Program-made: the position numbers and the translations under genes
Sequence record: MT713136.1
Direction: 5' to 3' (one strand)
Length of the DNA stretch: 64,000 nucleotides
In this document: positions 29,448 to 38,310 of the stretch, piece after piece
Layout: the number at the start of each line of letters is the position of its first letter
Numbering within the stretch: the stretch's first letter is position 1
The notes under the pieces: generated by a model
What the model saw: only the letters and a program-made list of their open reading frames with translations
What the model was told of the DNA's origin: nothing
Database searches by the model: none

Positions 29448-29825
29448 ATGCAACAAAAAATCGACCAAAGTAAACTTGGATTTAAAGCTATGGGTGATCA
29501 TCTCATCCTGCGATGTGAAGCCGCTCGGGCGGGGGAAGAAGAAAAATCGTCTGCTGGTATTGTTCTTGCTACGGCAACCCAAAACAAGCAAGGTGGTATT
29601 CCTACCCATGGTGTCATCGTCTCTGTTGGTGGTAATTGCCCTAAAGACTTCAATGAAATGATTGGTGCCGAGGTTGCCCTACCAACTACCGGTAATTTCG
29701 CTAAATTCTGGGATCCTCGTGTAATTCGAAAAGAATTGAAAGAAGATAGCGGAAAAGATATCATCTATGTTACCTGTCATCATCTGGCTGTGCGTGGTGT
29801 TTACACTCACACAGATAAAGAATAA
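29448..29825 (+). CDS. 31: GroES-like co-chaperonin gp31
   Basis: KAMGDHLIL...AGEEEKSSAGIVLA mobile loop, VSVG. Confidence 0.9.
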   Translation: MQQKIDQSKLGFKAMGDHLILRCEAARAGEEEKSSAGIVLATATQNKQGGIPTHGVIVSVGGNCPKDFNEMIGAEVALPTTGNFAKFWDPRVIRKELKEDSGKDIIYVTCHHLAVRGVYTHTDKE

Positions 29826-29939
29826 TGGAAACTTCTTGCATCTTTCAATGGATTAAAGAAAATCCAGAAGAATACCAAAAGATCTTGACAGAAGAAATTG
29901 ATAAAGAAATCATCGAAAATTTAAAAAAGGAAATACAAA

Positions 29940-30155
29940 ATGGCAAAGCAAAAGAAAGCAGTACAAAAAGTTGAAGAGAAGAAACTGACCGGTCGTCAGG
30001 GTTATAAGCGCAAATCAAACGGTCGTGTTGACCAGTTTGGTGATGCACTCCGGGCTCGTGTTCGTCGGGCTATGAAAGCAGAAGCGTTTGCTTCCAAGTC
30101 CCTTTCCCATGGTACTAAGGAAGTGCTTTCACAAGCAGTATCCTTCAAGTTTTAA
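29940..30155 (+). CDS. 30.9: gp30.9-like basic protein
   Basis: MAKQKKAVQKVEEK...GYKRKSN resembles T4 30.9. Confidence 0.7.
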   Translation: MAKQKKAVQKVEEKKLTGRQGYKRKSNGRVDQFGDALRARVRRAMKAEAFASKSLSHGTKEVLSQAVSFKF

Positions 30156-30183
30156 AAGAAAGCCCCTTAATTGGGGCTTTTTG
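30155..30183 (+). terminator. rho-independent terminator
   Basis: AAAGCCCC-TTAATT-GGGGCTTTTT. Confidence 0.75.
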
Positions 30184-30241
30184 TTATTGACATCATTAAA
30201 AAACAAAGTAAAATAGGCCATACAAACTAAGGAGAATCGTT

Positions 30242-30472
30242 ATGAAGGTTGTTGTTACCCGTGAACAGTTTATCAAAGCACATCTTAATTATGTGGATAG
30301 TAAAGAGCGAGATGAGCTTGATAAACTTCTTGGTTTCCCTGTGAGTATTTCGACTGCAAATCAACTGTTCTTGAACATCAATACCTTGTTTGTTTTTGAT
30401 ATCAAACATGTAGAAATAGACTTTGTTGATTTCGCTTACTTGGCCCCTTTCTGGCCCAAGAAAAAGAATTGA
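30242..30472 (+). CDS. hypothetical protein
   Basis: AGGAG SD. Confidence 0.65.
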   Translation: MKVVVTREQFIKAHLNYVDSKERDELDKLLGFPVSISTANQLFLNINTLFVFDIKHVEIDFVDFAYLAPFWPKKKN

Positions 30473-30554
30473 AAAACCTGTTGCAATCCGTGTTTGGTTT
30501 TGAGATACTAATCCCGTAGACAGAAAAGACATTTGAATCATTGGGAGATTTATT

Positions 30555-30782
30555 ATGACTACTATGACTGTTCAATTCGTATTTGGTACTCGTGCTGCTG
30601 CTCGTGCTGCTTCCTTCGGTAAAATGACCGATAACGGTAAAGATTCCGCTAATCGTTGGGGTCGTTCCGCTACGGTGAATGTAGAAAAGAAAACTCCGAT
30701 GACCCTCACCCGTACTGGTCGTCGTGGTCCTTCCACACAGACTACCGTGGTTGTTAAGAAAATGAAAACCATGGTTCGCTAA
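30555..30782 (+). CDS. small basic hypothetical protein
   Basis: GGAG SD, highly-expressed-type codon usage. Confidence 0.7.
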   Translation: MTTMTVQFVFGTRAAARAASFGKMTDNGKDSANRWGRSATVNVEKKTPMTLTRTGRRGPSTQTTVVVKKMKTMVR

Positions 30783-30853
30783 GGATAAATTTATGGATAT
30801 TATCAACTCAACTTTGTTTTGCTTTATTTTATTTGCTGTTGTATTTTTAATAG

Positions 30854-30913
30854 AATTAGAAAGTGTGAGCGAAGCGAACAGGCGGCTACGCCGTCTCACT
30901 ACGTTCGAGATCT
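30854..30913. repeat. structured intergenic repeat, copy 2 (core + hairpin)
   Basis: AATTAGAAAGTGTGAGCGAAGCGAACAGGCGGCTACGCCGTCTCACTACGTTCGAGATCT. Confidence 0.9.
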
Positions 30914-30951
30914 TTAGATATGAAAAAGCCACCCCGTAGGATGGCTTAGTA

Positions 30952-31908
30952 TTAACGAATGGCTTTCACAACGCCTGTAGTACGTCTTATGATACTCTCT
31001 ATAGAGTCGATGGTGTTCTCTTCACCCTTAGTAGGAACATGCACTGTAGTTGATACAGCGAATGTGACGGTAAAGGTTGCTACCTGAGAATTGTTCTCAA
31101 AATCTAGTTGAACTTCACCTACCTCTATGGGAAAGCACCCTGTATTATGTACAGTGGATTGCTTAACTCCATGACGGTCTAACGTGATGACGTCAATATC
31201 CTTTGCATACGTATTATAAAATCCAAATTGACCATTTCTTGGGTTGACAATTGTATTCTGCCATGTTAGCATCAAAGAACGTTCCTCATAAGAAGGGGAA
31301 CAGTAAAACGTCATACTCATGGTTCCGTAGTTTCTACCTCTTACTTCGTGTCGAGGTAGTTTGTCTGTACGGTTGATTGTCGTTTCCAAAGTAGAACTAG
31401 GAAGACCGACACTCTTTACCATTAATGCTAGGTCTCTGTTTACATCGTAATCAGTCCCCAAAAATCCATCAAGGATCTCTCCTGCTCCCGGTATGATCCG
31501 GATCAAGGACGGGTCCCAAGCACCAAAAATCTTCTTCATGCTAGGCGTGAGGATTTTGTGTGCTTGTCCCAAAGCAATGTCCTGAACTCTATGCCAAGCA
31601 TAACTTGTACCAGAGAAAAGACTATCATTGACGTCCATCCCGCTACTTGAATCAGGAAATATTGGTAAATCCCTATCAAAAACACCATCACTGAATATAG
31701 AGGTTCGGAAATCTCCGAACCTTACAATAAACATGTTTGGTCTAGCCAGATCAGTATTTTCAACTTTCCGCATAAACCTAGTTAGGTCGGGGATCTCGCT
31801 TGCATCCCCACCATCGTTTAATAAATCTTCACCAAACCCGATAGTACTATCTATCATACTATCTATGGTTGGAATAGGTGGTATTAAGTTCATTAGTATG
31901 ATCTCCAA
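30952..31908 (-). CDS. 54: baseplate tail tube initiator gp54
   Basis: DLARPNMFIV; tail-tube-like C-terminal half (WQNTIVNP, FPIEVGEVQL). Confidence 0.75.
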   Translation of the reverse strand: MEIILMNLIPPIPTIDSMIDSTIGFGEDLLNDGGDASEIPDLTRFMRKVENTDLARPNMFIVRFGDFRTSIFSDGVFDRDLPIFPDSSSGMDVNDSLFSGTSYAWHRVQDIALGQAHKILTPSMKKIFGAWDPSLIRIIPGAGEILDGFLGTDYDVNRDLALMVKSVGLPSSTLETTINRTDKLPRHEVRGRNYGTMSMTFYCSPSYEERSLMLTWQNTIVNPRNGQFGFYNTYAKDIDVITLDRHGVKQSTVHNTGCFPIEVGEVQLDFENNSQVATFTVTFAVSTTVHVPTKGEENTIDSIESIIRRTTGVVKAIR

Positions 31909-32891
31909 ACGGAATTCGTATTATAGGTCTTCGGAGGAACACCAGATACAAACCGTTGAGTCGGTAGATTAATAACAGAACTCCAATCCTGCGGTTTAAT
32001 CTCCATTAATGGACCCTTAATATGACCCGGCAAATACGCTTTGATCATATGGTCTGCACCTCTCATTCCCTTAACCTTACCCCAGTTGATATTTAGGGAT
32101 GTACGGTTGGTAATCCTCTCTGTGGTTGCATGTTTCAGCAACTCTTCCATAAATTCTTTACGGGCTTTGATCGGGATGTAGTGAAGGTTGAGACCCAACA
32201 TCAAACCTTTGTGTTTTGCACTTAGGCCAAGATATACGATCAGGGGGAATTTATCCCAGTATGGTAGTGTTGCCTTATGTTTTGCGTCATATGCGAAAGT
32301 ATACAATCGTCCAGCAATTGGTCTTGTTACTTGATGACCACGAACGTTTTTCTTTATGAAATTGTTAAACCATTCCGTTGACTTCTTCTGAGACTTTACA
32401 GGCTCTTTTTCGTGTTGTCTTACTTTATTTCTAAAGTCAGCCAACAACATCTGATATTTTTCGGCTTTAGATAGTTTTCTTCCGCTTATTTGCGCATCTT
32501 TTAACTTCTTAGCCAGTAGAATATCTTGCTTGAATCTTCTGAATGCCCGTTCCGTGGTTTCTTTATTAAGTCCACGTCCTTCAATATAATTTTTTAGAGT
32601 AATGCTACTCTTTTCTTTTTGTGTCAAATAATCAACACCAAGCTCAATCCATTGTTGTTTATTCTTGTTTGGGTTTACCAGAGAATAATAAGTCTTTATT
32701 TCTTCTCTGTGTCTGCGCATTGCTCTACTGAATGTTTCATAATTCAACCCTTTTTCCTCTGCATATTTCTTTGCAGTAAGACTTGGGTTCTTTTTCTTGG
32801 CGTTCATATAATCAACACCAACATCAATCCATTGTTTTCTATTGCGTTTTTCTGTTGTGGACTCTGCACGTTCCGTTATTTCGAATATCAT
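31893..32891 (-). CDS. 2: DNA end protector gp2
   Basis: GRLYTFAYDAKHK..LPYWDKFPLIV, GLNLHYIP. Confidence 0.92.
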   Translation of the reverse strand: MIFEITERAESTTEKRNRKQWIDVGVDYMNAKKKNPSLTAKKYAEEKGLNYETFSRAMRRHREEIKTYYSLVNPNKNKQQWIELGVDYLTQKEKSSITLKNYIEGRGLNKETTERAFRRFKQDILLAKKLKDAQISGRKLSKAEKYQMLLADFRNKVRQHEKEPVKSQKKSTEWFNNFIKKNVRGHQVTRPIAGRLYTFAYDAKHKATLPYWDKFPLIVYLGLSAKHKGLMLGLNLHYIPIKARKEFMEELLKHATTERITNRTSLNINWGKVKGMRGADHMIKAYLPGHIKGPLMEIKPQDWSSVINLPTQRFVSGVPPKTYNTNSVWRSY

Positions 32892-33358
32892 TTAGTAAGT
32901 CCTTTGAAACCCATTGCTCTCAATGAGTCCTCATTAATTATATTAAATCTCCACCCTTTTTTCTTACATAATTCAGCGGTGGTTTTCCATTTGTCGTTAT
33001 TGACTTGCCATGTATACACAGCTTGAATATAAGCATTTTTTGCTTTTAATGTATTTCTTTTTGGTGGTACTGGTGGAAAACATTCTTTTTTAGGCTTAAC
33101 TTCCCAGAGAGAAATAGAACCGTCTGACCACTGTATCCACATATCCATAAAATAACGTCGTTTCTTTCCATCTGCATTAGAAAAATACGGAATGACCATA
33201 CATTCGCTGTTCCAATATCTAACGTCTGGATTATTATCCAACATCTCCATTATATACTTTTCCCACGAACTACGGTAGGTAACCTTTTTTGGGTCTCCTT
33301 TATATTTTTCTCTATTCTTTACAAAGTATTGACCTTTGTATGTATTATTTCCGGCCAT
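32888..33358 (-). CDS. 4: head completion nuclease gp4
   Basis: KYKGDP..VTYRSSWE, WNSE, IPY, YFMD, EVKP, VNNDKW. Confidence 0.93.
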   Translation of the reverse strand: MAGNNTYKGQYFVKNREKYKGDPKKVTYRSSWEKYIMEMLDNNPDVRYWNSECMVIPYFSNADGKKRRYFMDMWIQWSDGSISLWEVKPKKECFPPVPPKRNTLKAKNAYIQAVYTWQVNNDKWKTTAELCKKKGWRFNIINEDSLRAMGFKGLTK

Positions 33359-33379
33359 AATAAATTCTCCTATTTGTTT

Positions 33380-33402
33380 TATTTAGGGTTTGCCCCTAAA
33401 TA
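33380..33402. promoter_or_regulatory. back-to-back late promoters forming an inverted repeat
   Basis: TATTTAGGG-TTTGC-CCCTAAATA between divergent gp4 and gp48. Confidence 0.65.
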
Positions 33403-33427
33403 CAAGTAAACAACATGAGGTTTAAAA

Positions 33428-34486
33428 ATGAAAGTTAATATTCTCAATGGGGTTAACCGAGCTACTGGTGGTAGTTTCAACCCACTCACTGACACTAAGT
33501 CAGAGGGAACTGATCTTATTATAGAAAATAAAAACTCTAAGAAACCCGGTATAAAGGCTTTGCAGTACCCATTAACCATGAAGGGTAGTGACAACAAACA
33601 CTCTTCCTATTTAGTTTTCTATGCGGTGAAACCAACAAATGGGGGGCTTAAAAATAGTGATATCCACGAACGTTCTATGAGGTCTGTTAAGGGTAAATTC
33701 AACGAAGAAACCCTAGCCGTTATTCAGCTATATATGCCAAACATGAACGAAAACATTAGTCATAATTATGAAGATAACGATGGTGGATTCCTTCAAGATA
33801 TAGTTATGAACTACCAAGCCAACGCATCAGAAAGAGATGGAACATTGGATAGCATTGCAAACGGTGGTAAAGCCGTTGTAAACGCGATGGCTCAAAAGGT
33901 TATCGTCTCCACTGGTGGTATTGCACAGCGATATAATTCTCAGGTAACTGGTAATTTGCTTGGTGATCGAGCCGCCCAAATGTATCGTGGTACTGGTGTA
34001 CGTTCCCAAACATTTATATTTCAATTCCGACCGAGGTCTATGGCAGAATTAAAAGAGGTTGGACAAATAATTAAAACTTTTATGGTTCTTAGTGCTGCCG
34101 AAAACAAAGGGGCTGTAGATCTTGCTTCTCTTGGAATTGGTACGGATTCAGAACTTGGTGCGGGTGAAGGGTATACTTATCTCGAAGTACCCCCTTTGTG
34201 GTTTATAGAAGAAAGGGTAAGTCAAAGTCAAGAACAGAAGATTAGATTTACACCTAAATTCGCAATGGGACCAGCCGGTATTAGTAATATCCGGATCAAC
34301 AAAACTCCAGACCAAATATATGATACATTTGCGTCAACGGCTGCTGATTCTGTTGCAATAGATCTAGAAATCACTGTTACAGAACTTCGTCCGGTTTATC
34401 GCGATTACTGGGAAGCTCTTACATCCGATTTGGGTAATCCTGATTCTGGTGAATTCTTCTTCGGTTCGTATGGAGGTAAGAGATAA
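33428..34486 (+). CDS. 48: baseplate tail tube cap gp48
   Basis: LQYP, IQLYMP, FIFQFRPRS..E, precedes the gp53 N-terminus. Confidence 0.75.
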   Translation: MKVNILNGVNRATGGSFNPLTDTKSEGTDLIIENKNSKKPGIKALQYPLTMKGSDNKHSSYLVFYAVKPTNGGLKNSDIHERSMRSVKGKFNEETLAVIQLYMPNMNENISHNYEDNDGGFLQDIVMNYQANASERDGTLDSIANGGKAVVNAMAQKVIVSTGGIAQRYNSQVTGNLLGDRAAQMYRGTGVRSQTFIFQFRPRSMAELKEVGQIIKTFMVLSAAENKGAVDLASLGIGTDSELGAGEGYTYLEVPPLWFIEERVSQSQEQKIRFTPKFAMGPAGISNIRINKTPDQIYDTFASTAADSVAIDLEITVTELRPVYRDYWEALTSDLGNPDSGEFFFGSYGGKR

Positions 34487-34575
34487 TGTTATTTAACTAT
34501 TTCCCCCCTATAAAATATAATGGGGCACCGACTGCTGATATATTTCGTCCGCATGGTAACTATTTTGAGTTTTTG
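34486..34575 (+). pseudogene. 53: gp53 N-terminal fragment
   Basis: MLFNYFPPIKYNGAPTADIFRPHGNYFEFL resembles T4 gp53 MLFTFFDPIEY...TDIFRNY.DYF. Confidence 0.8.
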
Positions 34576-34747
34576 GAATTCTGGCAGAAATAAAATCACA
34601 CACCACCGAATATTTAATGGTTCCAATCAGAGAACGACGATTGAGCATATCCCGAATTACAGCATTCAGTATTTCCTCAACAATCTCATCTGTACTACGC
34701 TTGTTCCGAATGGTAATTTCTGTCAGTAAATCTTTTGCGTCATACAT
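34576..34747 (-). pseudogene. hypothetical protein truncated at junction
   Basis: MYDAKDLL... runs into gp53N antisense. Confidence 0.4.
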
Positions 34748-35003
34748 TTCCAACCTCCAATTCCAAAAAACCTTTCTCGTCAAGGATTTTACATGCGTCG
34801 ATTACAACAACGTAATCCATAGCACAACAAACTGGCGTACCATATACCGAGCTGTAGTAAACCACATCTTTCAATAGCCCCGGAAGGTTGTTCCCGTAGA
34901 TATCTTTCAACGGAGAAATAATTTTTCCTTGGAGATGAGGCTTACATGCCAACATCAACCGATCCGCACAACGCCCTGCTTCGTTCCAACTTACATTTTT
35001 CAT
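34740..35003 (-). CDS. hypothetical protein
   Basis: ORF. Confidence 0.65.
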   Translation of the reverse strand: MKNVSWNEAGRCADRLMLACKPHLQGKIISPLKDIYGNNLPGLLKDVVYYSSVYGTPVCCAMDYVVVIDACKILDEKGFLELEVGNV

Positions 35004-35015
35004 CAGGATTTCCTC

Positions 35016-35792
35016 TTATTTCCCAAACCACATTCTACACAGTTTATACTGATTTTCAACTGTTTCGAGACGCCCTTTACCATAGTCACGATTGAAAGAG
35101 CCCCAACGGTTAGAACCACTTTCCCAGATTTTGATGGCCTTCTTTGTAGGTGCCCGCATCATAATCCCGGAGGGAGCCATTACCTTTGATTCTTTTTTCG
35201 CGATGATCGTCTCGCCTTCCAGATAATGGTCGTATCCGTCGGGGATTGAGTCCATTACAGTCCCAGAAAGAAGATGTTCCTTCTTAATCTCAAAGGCCCC
35301 ACCACCACAAGTAAACGGCTTGTCGTAATTTTTACCTTGAATGACCATATGGGTGCTATTTGTAACAGTTACTTTACCATACCCCGGAACCATGTAAACC
35401 ACACGTCCACGACCAGCAACCGGGAGGCTATGACGGGATACACCATCACAACCAAGAGATTTTGCAATCCGTTCCCACACACGATCATGGTTACTTTTAC
35501 CACGAGTAACATAATCAACAAGGTGTGCAATTTCGTGAGGGATCGTGTTGTGGAAAATATGATTCCATTCCTTCATCCCTTGCACCATCAAATTGATGTT
35601 AATCTTGATAGTGTACTCTGTATCGCCCCATCCTTTGTTGGTGTAACTGGCGATACCTGCACAGCGACCTGTACATTCTTTAAACGTATACTTAAAACCA
35701 GCCATCTCTGGATAGAGTGTCTTTGCAATTTCCACAACTTCTGCAATCCGTTTCTCAACAATCACTCGGGCTTGGCTCTTAATCAAAGACAT
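35016..35792 (-). CDS. SprT-like zinc metalloprotease
   Basis: AGIA, TIPHEIAHL, HDRVWERIAKSLG. Confidence 0.85.
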   Translation of the reverse strand: MSLIKSQARVIVEKRIAEVVEIAKTLYPEMAGFKYTFKECTGRCAGIASYTNKGWGDTEYTIKININLMVQGMKEWNHIFHNTIPHEIAHLVDYVTRGKSNHDRVWERIAKSLGCDGVSRHSLPVAGRGRVVYMVPGYGKVTVTNSTHMVIQGKNYDKPFTCGGGAFEIKKEHLLSGTVMDSIPDGYDHYLEGETIIAKKESKVMAPSGIMMRAPTKKAIKIWESGSNRWGSFNRDYGKGRLETVENQYKLCRMWFGK

Positions 35793-35822
35793 CTATATTT
35801 CCTCTCATCAGTTGATATGAGT

Positions 35823-35851
35823 ATACTACATCAAAATTTATATCGGGTCAA
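35823..35851 (-). promoter_or_regulatory. sigma70-type early promoter
   Basis: TTGACC-N17-TAGTAT on minus strand. Confidence 0.6.
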
Positions 35852-36131
35852 CAGTTTTATTTCCAAAAACGCCAGAAGGGTCAAAAATCTTTTTGTCGAC
35901 CTCTTCTTTCAACTCTTCGTACCCAACCCCGGTAACAAATTGGCTCATGGGATCGGTTGCAAAGATGATAGAATCGTCAATAAAGTATTTGTAATGGTTG
36001 AAATCCATATACAGTTGTGACTTGGCAAGAGACACAATGAAATCAGCTATAGTTTGTTTGTTAGCACAACCACTCATAATAAAAGCATTGACCACATTTC
36101 GATTTTGAGATTTGGATAGGCGATGACTCAT
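35838..36131 (-). CDS. hypothetical protein
   Basis: ORF. Confidence 0.65.
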   Translation of the reverse strand: MSHRLSKSQNRNVVNAFIMSGCANKQTIADFIVSLAKSQLYMDFNHYKYFIDDSIIFATDPMSQFVTGVGYEELKEEVDKKIFDPSGVFGNKTVDPI

Positions 36132-36382
36132 CGTACCACCTTAACCACACGAGGGTCGTTGTAAATACTGAAATTACTACTTTCTTGATCTTCTCTCCAA
36201 GTTTTCAAGCAATCTTCACATTCGATATCGTACCAATATGAATCAAACCCATCCCAGTTTCCAGTATTGGAACCTAGTTTAAGGATAACTGCACCATGTG
36301 GACATTTAGACCGAAGTTCTTCTATTTGACTGCGAAGTTCTTCAATCTTCTTCAATTTTGCGACAATTTTTACTCGGCTCAT
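36128..36382 (-). CDS. hypothetical protein (zinc-ribbon-like)
   Basis: CPH...CEDC. Confidence 0.7.
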   Translation of the reverse strand: MSRVKIVAKLKKIEELRSQIEELRSKCPHGAVILKLGSNTGNWDGFDSYWYDIECEDCLKTWREDQESSNFSIYNDPRVVKVVR

Positions 36383-36549
36383 AGCAATTCCAGATCAGCA
36401 TCCGAGTGGATTTCAAACTCTTTATCACAGAAGTCACAAGTTGTAGTTTCCCCTCTCGGGTCTACACACCAACCATCCAGTTCCTTATTGCAATGTGGAC
36501 AAATCACATAAACACCACACAACTTAACACCAATTTCAGTTACTTTCAT
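36379..36549 (-). CDS. small zinc-ribbon protein
   Basis: CPHC...CDFC. Confidence 0.7.
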   Translation of the reverse strand: MKVTEIGVKLCGVYVICPHCNKELDGWCVDPRGETTTCDFCDKEFEIHSDADLELL

Positions 36550-36560
36550 TATATTTTCCT

Positions 36561-37127
36561 TCATGTATATTGTTTTAGAGTATTCACCATAGCATAACCG
36601 TGCCAAGAGATTTCCGCAACCTCTTTCTCGTACTTCGTTAGGTTTTCTTTGTTGAACCAATATTCGTTTCTATCACAAACAGGGACAAAAATCCCAAGTT
36701 TTTCTAGACGTTTGAAATATGTTTCGAAGCACAATGGAACAAACCCACGTTTCAACCAGACGATACGACCATCAAGAATAGCAGAGGTAATGACTTTTGT
36801 GATACCAAGTGCTTCACATATATCAACTGTACAACGAAACATATGTTTAACAAGTCCTTTCCCTTGAAATTCCTCACTAAGGGAAAATGTGTCGTGCTCA
36901 TAATGACCAGTTCGTAGGTTAACAACTCGGATCATACTGAGTTTCTTTCCACAGGACAAAGAGAACTCGTATTGGTTCCCCTCATATTGAGTAACAAGAA
37001 GTTCCATATTTGAATCGTCGATTATTTTAGATGCAACAACCGCAAATTTTGTGAAATGCTTAACAACAATATCAACACCTTTGCAATGTTCAAAGCTGGT
37101 GTAATCGCATTCATATGAAACTTTCAT
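36561..37127 (-). CDS. GNAT-like acetyltransferase-fold protein
   Basis: EEFQGKGLVK motif A; A..DG..VW.K.GF. Confidence 0.55.
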   Translation of the reverse strand: MKVSYECDYTSFEHCKGVDIVVKHFTKFAVVASKIIDDSNMELLVTQYEGNQYEFSLSCGKKLSMIRVVNLRTGHYEHDTFSLSEEFQGKGLVKHMFRCTVDICEALGITKVITSAILDGRIVWLKRGFVPLCFETYFKRLEKLGIFVPVCDRNEYWFNKENLTKYEKEVAEISWHGYAMVNTLKQYT

Positions 37128-37181
37128 TGTACTACCTCAGAACAGTTGATAACCATGATTATAATCTAACGGCTATGGGAG

Positions 37182-37439
37182 TCAACTATAATCGAACAAA
37201 AATTCTTTTACTTCGTCTGGCTTGAAAATCAAACCATATTCTGTTTCAAAATACCAGTTGTTGCCGTGTCCCTGTTCCCAGTTTAAGGTAACAAGGAAGA
37301 CATCTTTATAATGTGGTGGTTCTCCAAGATCTTTTGTGCGAATCACCAGTTGTGCATCATATTCCATATAGATGACATCACACATATACTCACGAAAAGG
37401 TTTCCAACCCAAAGAGTCGTAGTATTCGATCATATCCAT
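37182..37439 (-). CDS. hypothetical protein
   Basis: ORF. Confidence 0.65.
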   Translation of the reverse strand: MDMIEYYDSLGWKPFREYMCDVIYMEYDAQLVIRTKDLGEPPHYKDVFLVTLNWEQGHGNNWYFETEYGLIFKPDEVKEFLFDYS

Positions 37440-37560
37440 AATTGTTATTCCTCTTCTGTTGTGCAGTATTCGCACACATCATCGATACCACCATCAAGGG
37501 CACCGCCACATTCAGGGCAAAAACATACTGGTTGATAAATGATATCGATGATTTCCATAA

Positions 37561-37857
37561 TTATTCCCTCAGTGATTTGATTAATTCAATAATCTCTCGT
37601 TCTCCGTCAGCTTGCTTGATAAGGTTCTCAGCCTGCCAACGGTAACTCTCTTCTGTATCAATACACCTAGAGTACACCTTAGAGATCCATTGGTCAATAC
37701 CTTTTTTATAAGTTTTTTCATAATCATTGCACTGACCTAGTTCTATCTTCTCCCCGTTAATAACCGCAACCAGATAATAACGACTACACCGGATTACAGA
37801 AAATGGGCCTTTGGTTTCAATTAGCTTGCCGTTTTTGTATTCTTGAAAAATTTTCAT
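37561..37857 (-). CDS. hypothetical protein
   Basis: ORF with SD. Confidence 0.65.
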   Translation of the reverse strand: MKIFQEYKNGKLIETKGPFSVIRCSRYYLVAVINGEKIELGQCNDYEKTYKKGIDQWISKVYSRCIDTEESYRWQAENLIKQADGEREIIELIKSLRE

Positions 37858-38043
37858 TCTATTGCCTCACAACACACCCGACCATCGTCAATATCTTCCG
37901 GTATAAAGAGGTTTATACCATCGTTATATTTCCCATTAAATACGGTTTTTAACGTCCCGTCGTTTTTTCGCAGTAGACTTTTTTGGTTTAGTTTCTTTTT
38001 CTACTGGTTCTTCTACATAATTCAATGCCATTTCGCATTCCTC

Positions 38044-38310
38044 TTAGTTTGTTAATGTATTTAGGGATTTGAGATATTTTACTGCCATCCCAATCTCGTT
38101 ATACCCAAAGATCATACCATATTTGGTCTTTTTATAGCCATGGTCTTTCCTGATCTGAGTTCCTTTGAATTTGGAGTGACCCCCGTGGTCTGAAACCCTC
38201 ACCATATGCCCCTGTACGTCGATATAAGAGCTTGTGGATGAAGATACCAACCTACACTCGATCCCGCTATTGAATAGCTCTATCATCAATTCACGAGCTT
38301 TTTGGTTCAT
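38044..38310 (-). CDS. hypothetical protein
   Basis: ORF; VRVSDH motif. Confidence 0.7.
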   Translation of the reverse strand: MNQKARELMIELFNSGIECRLVSSSTSSYIDVQGHMVRVSDHGGHSKFKGTQIRKDHGYKKTKYGMIFGYNEIGMAVKYLKSLNTLTN

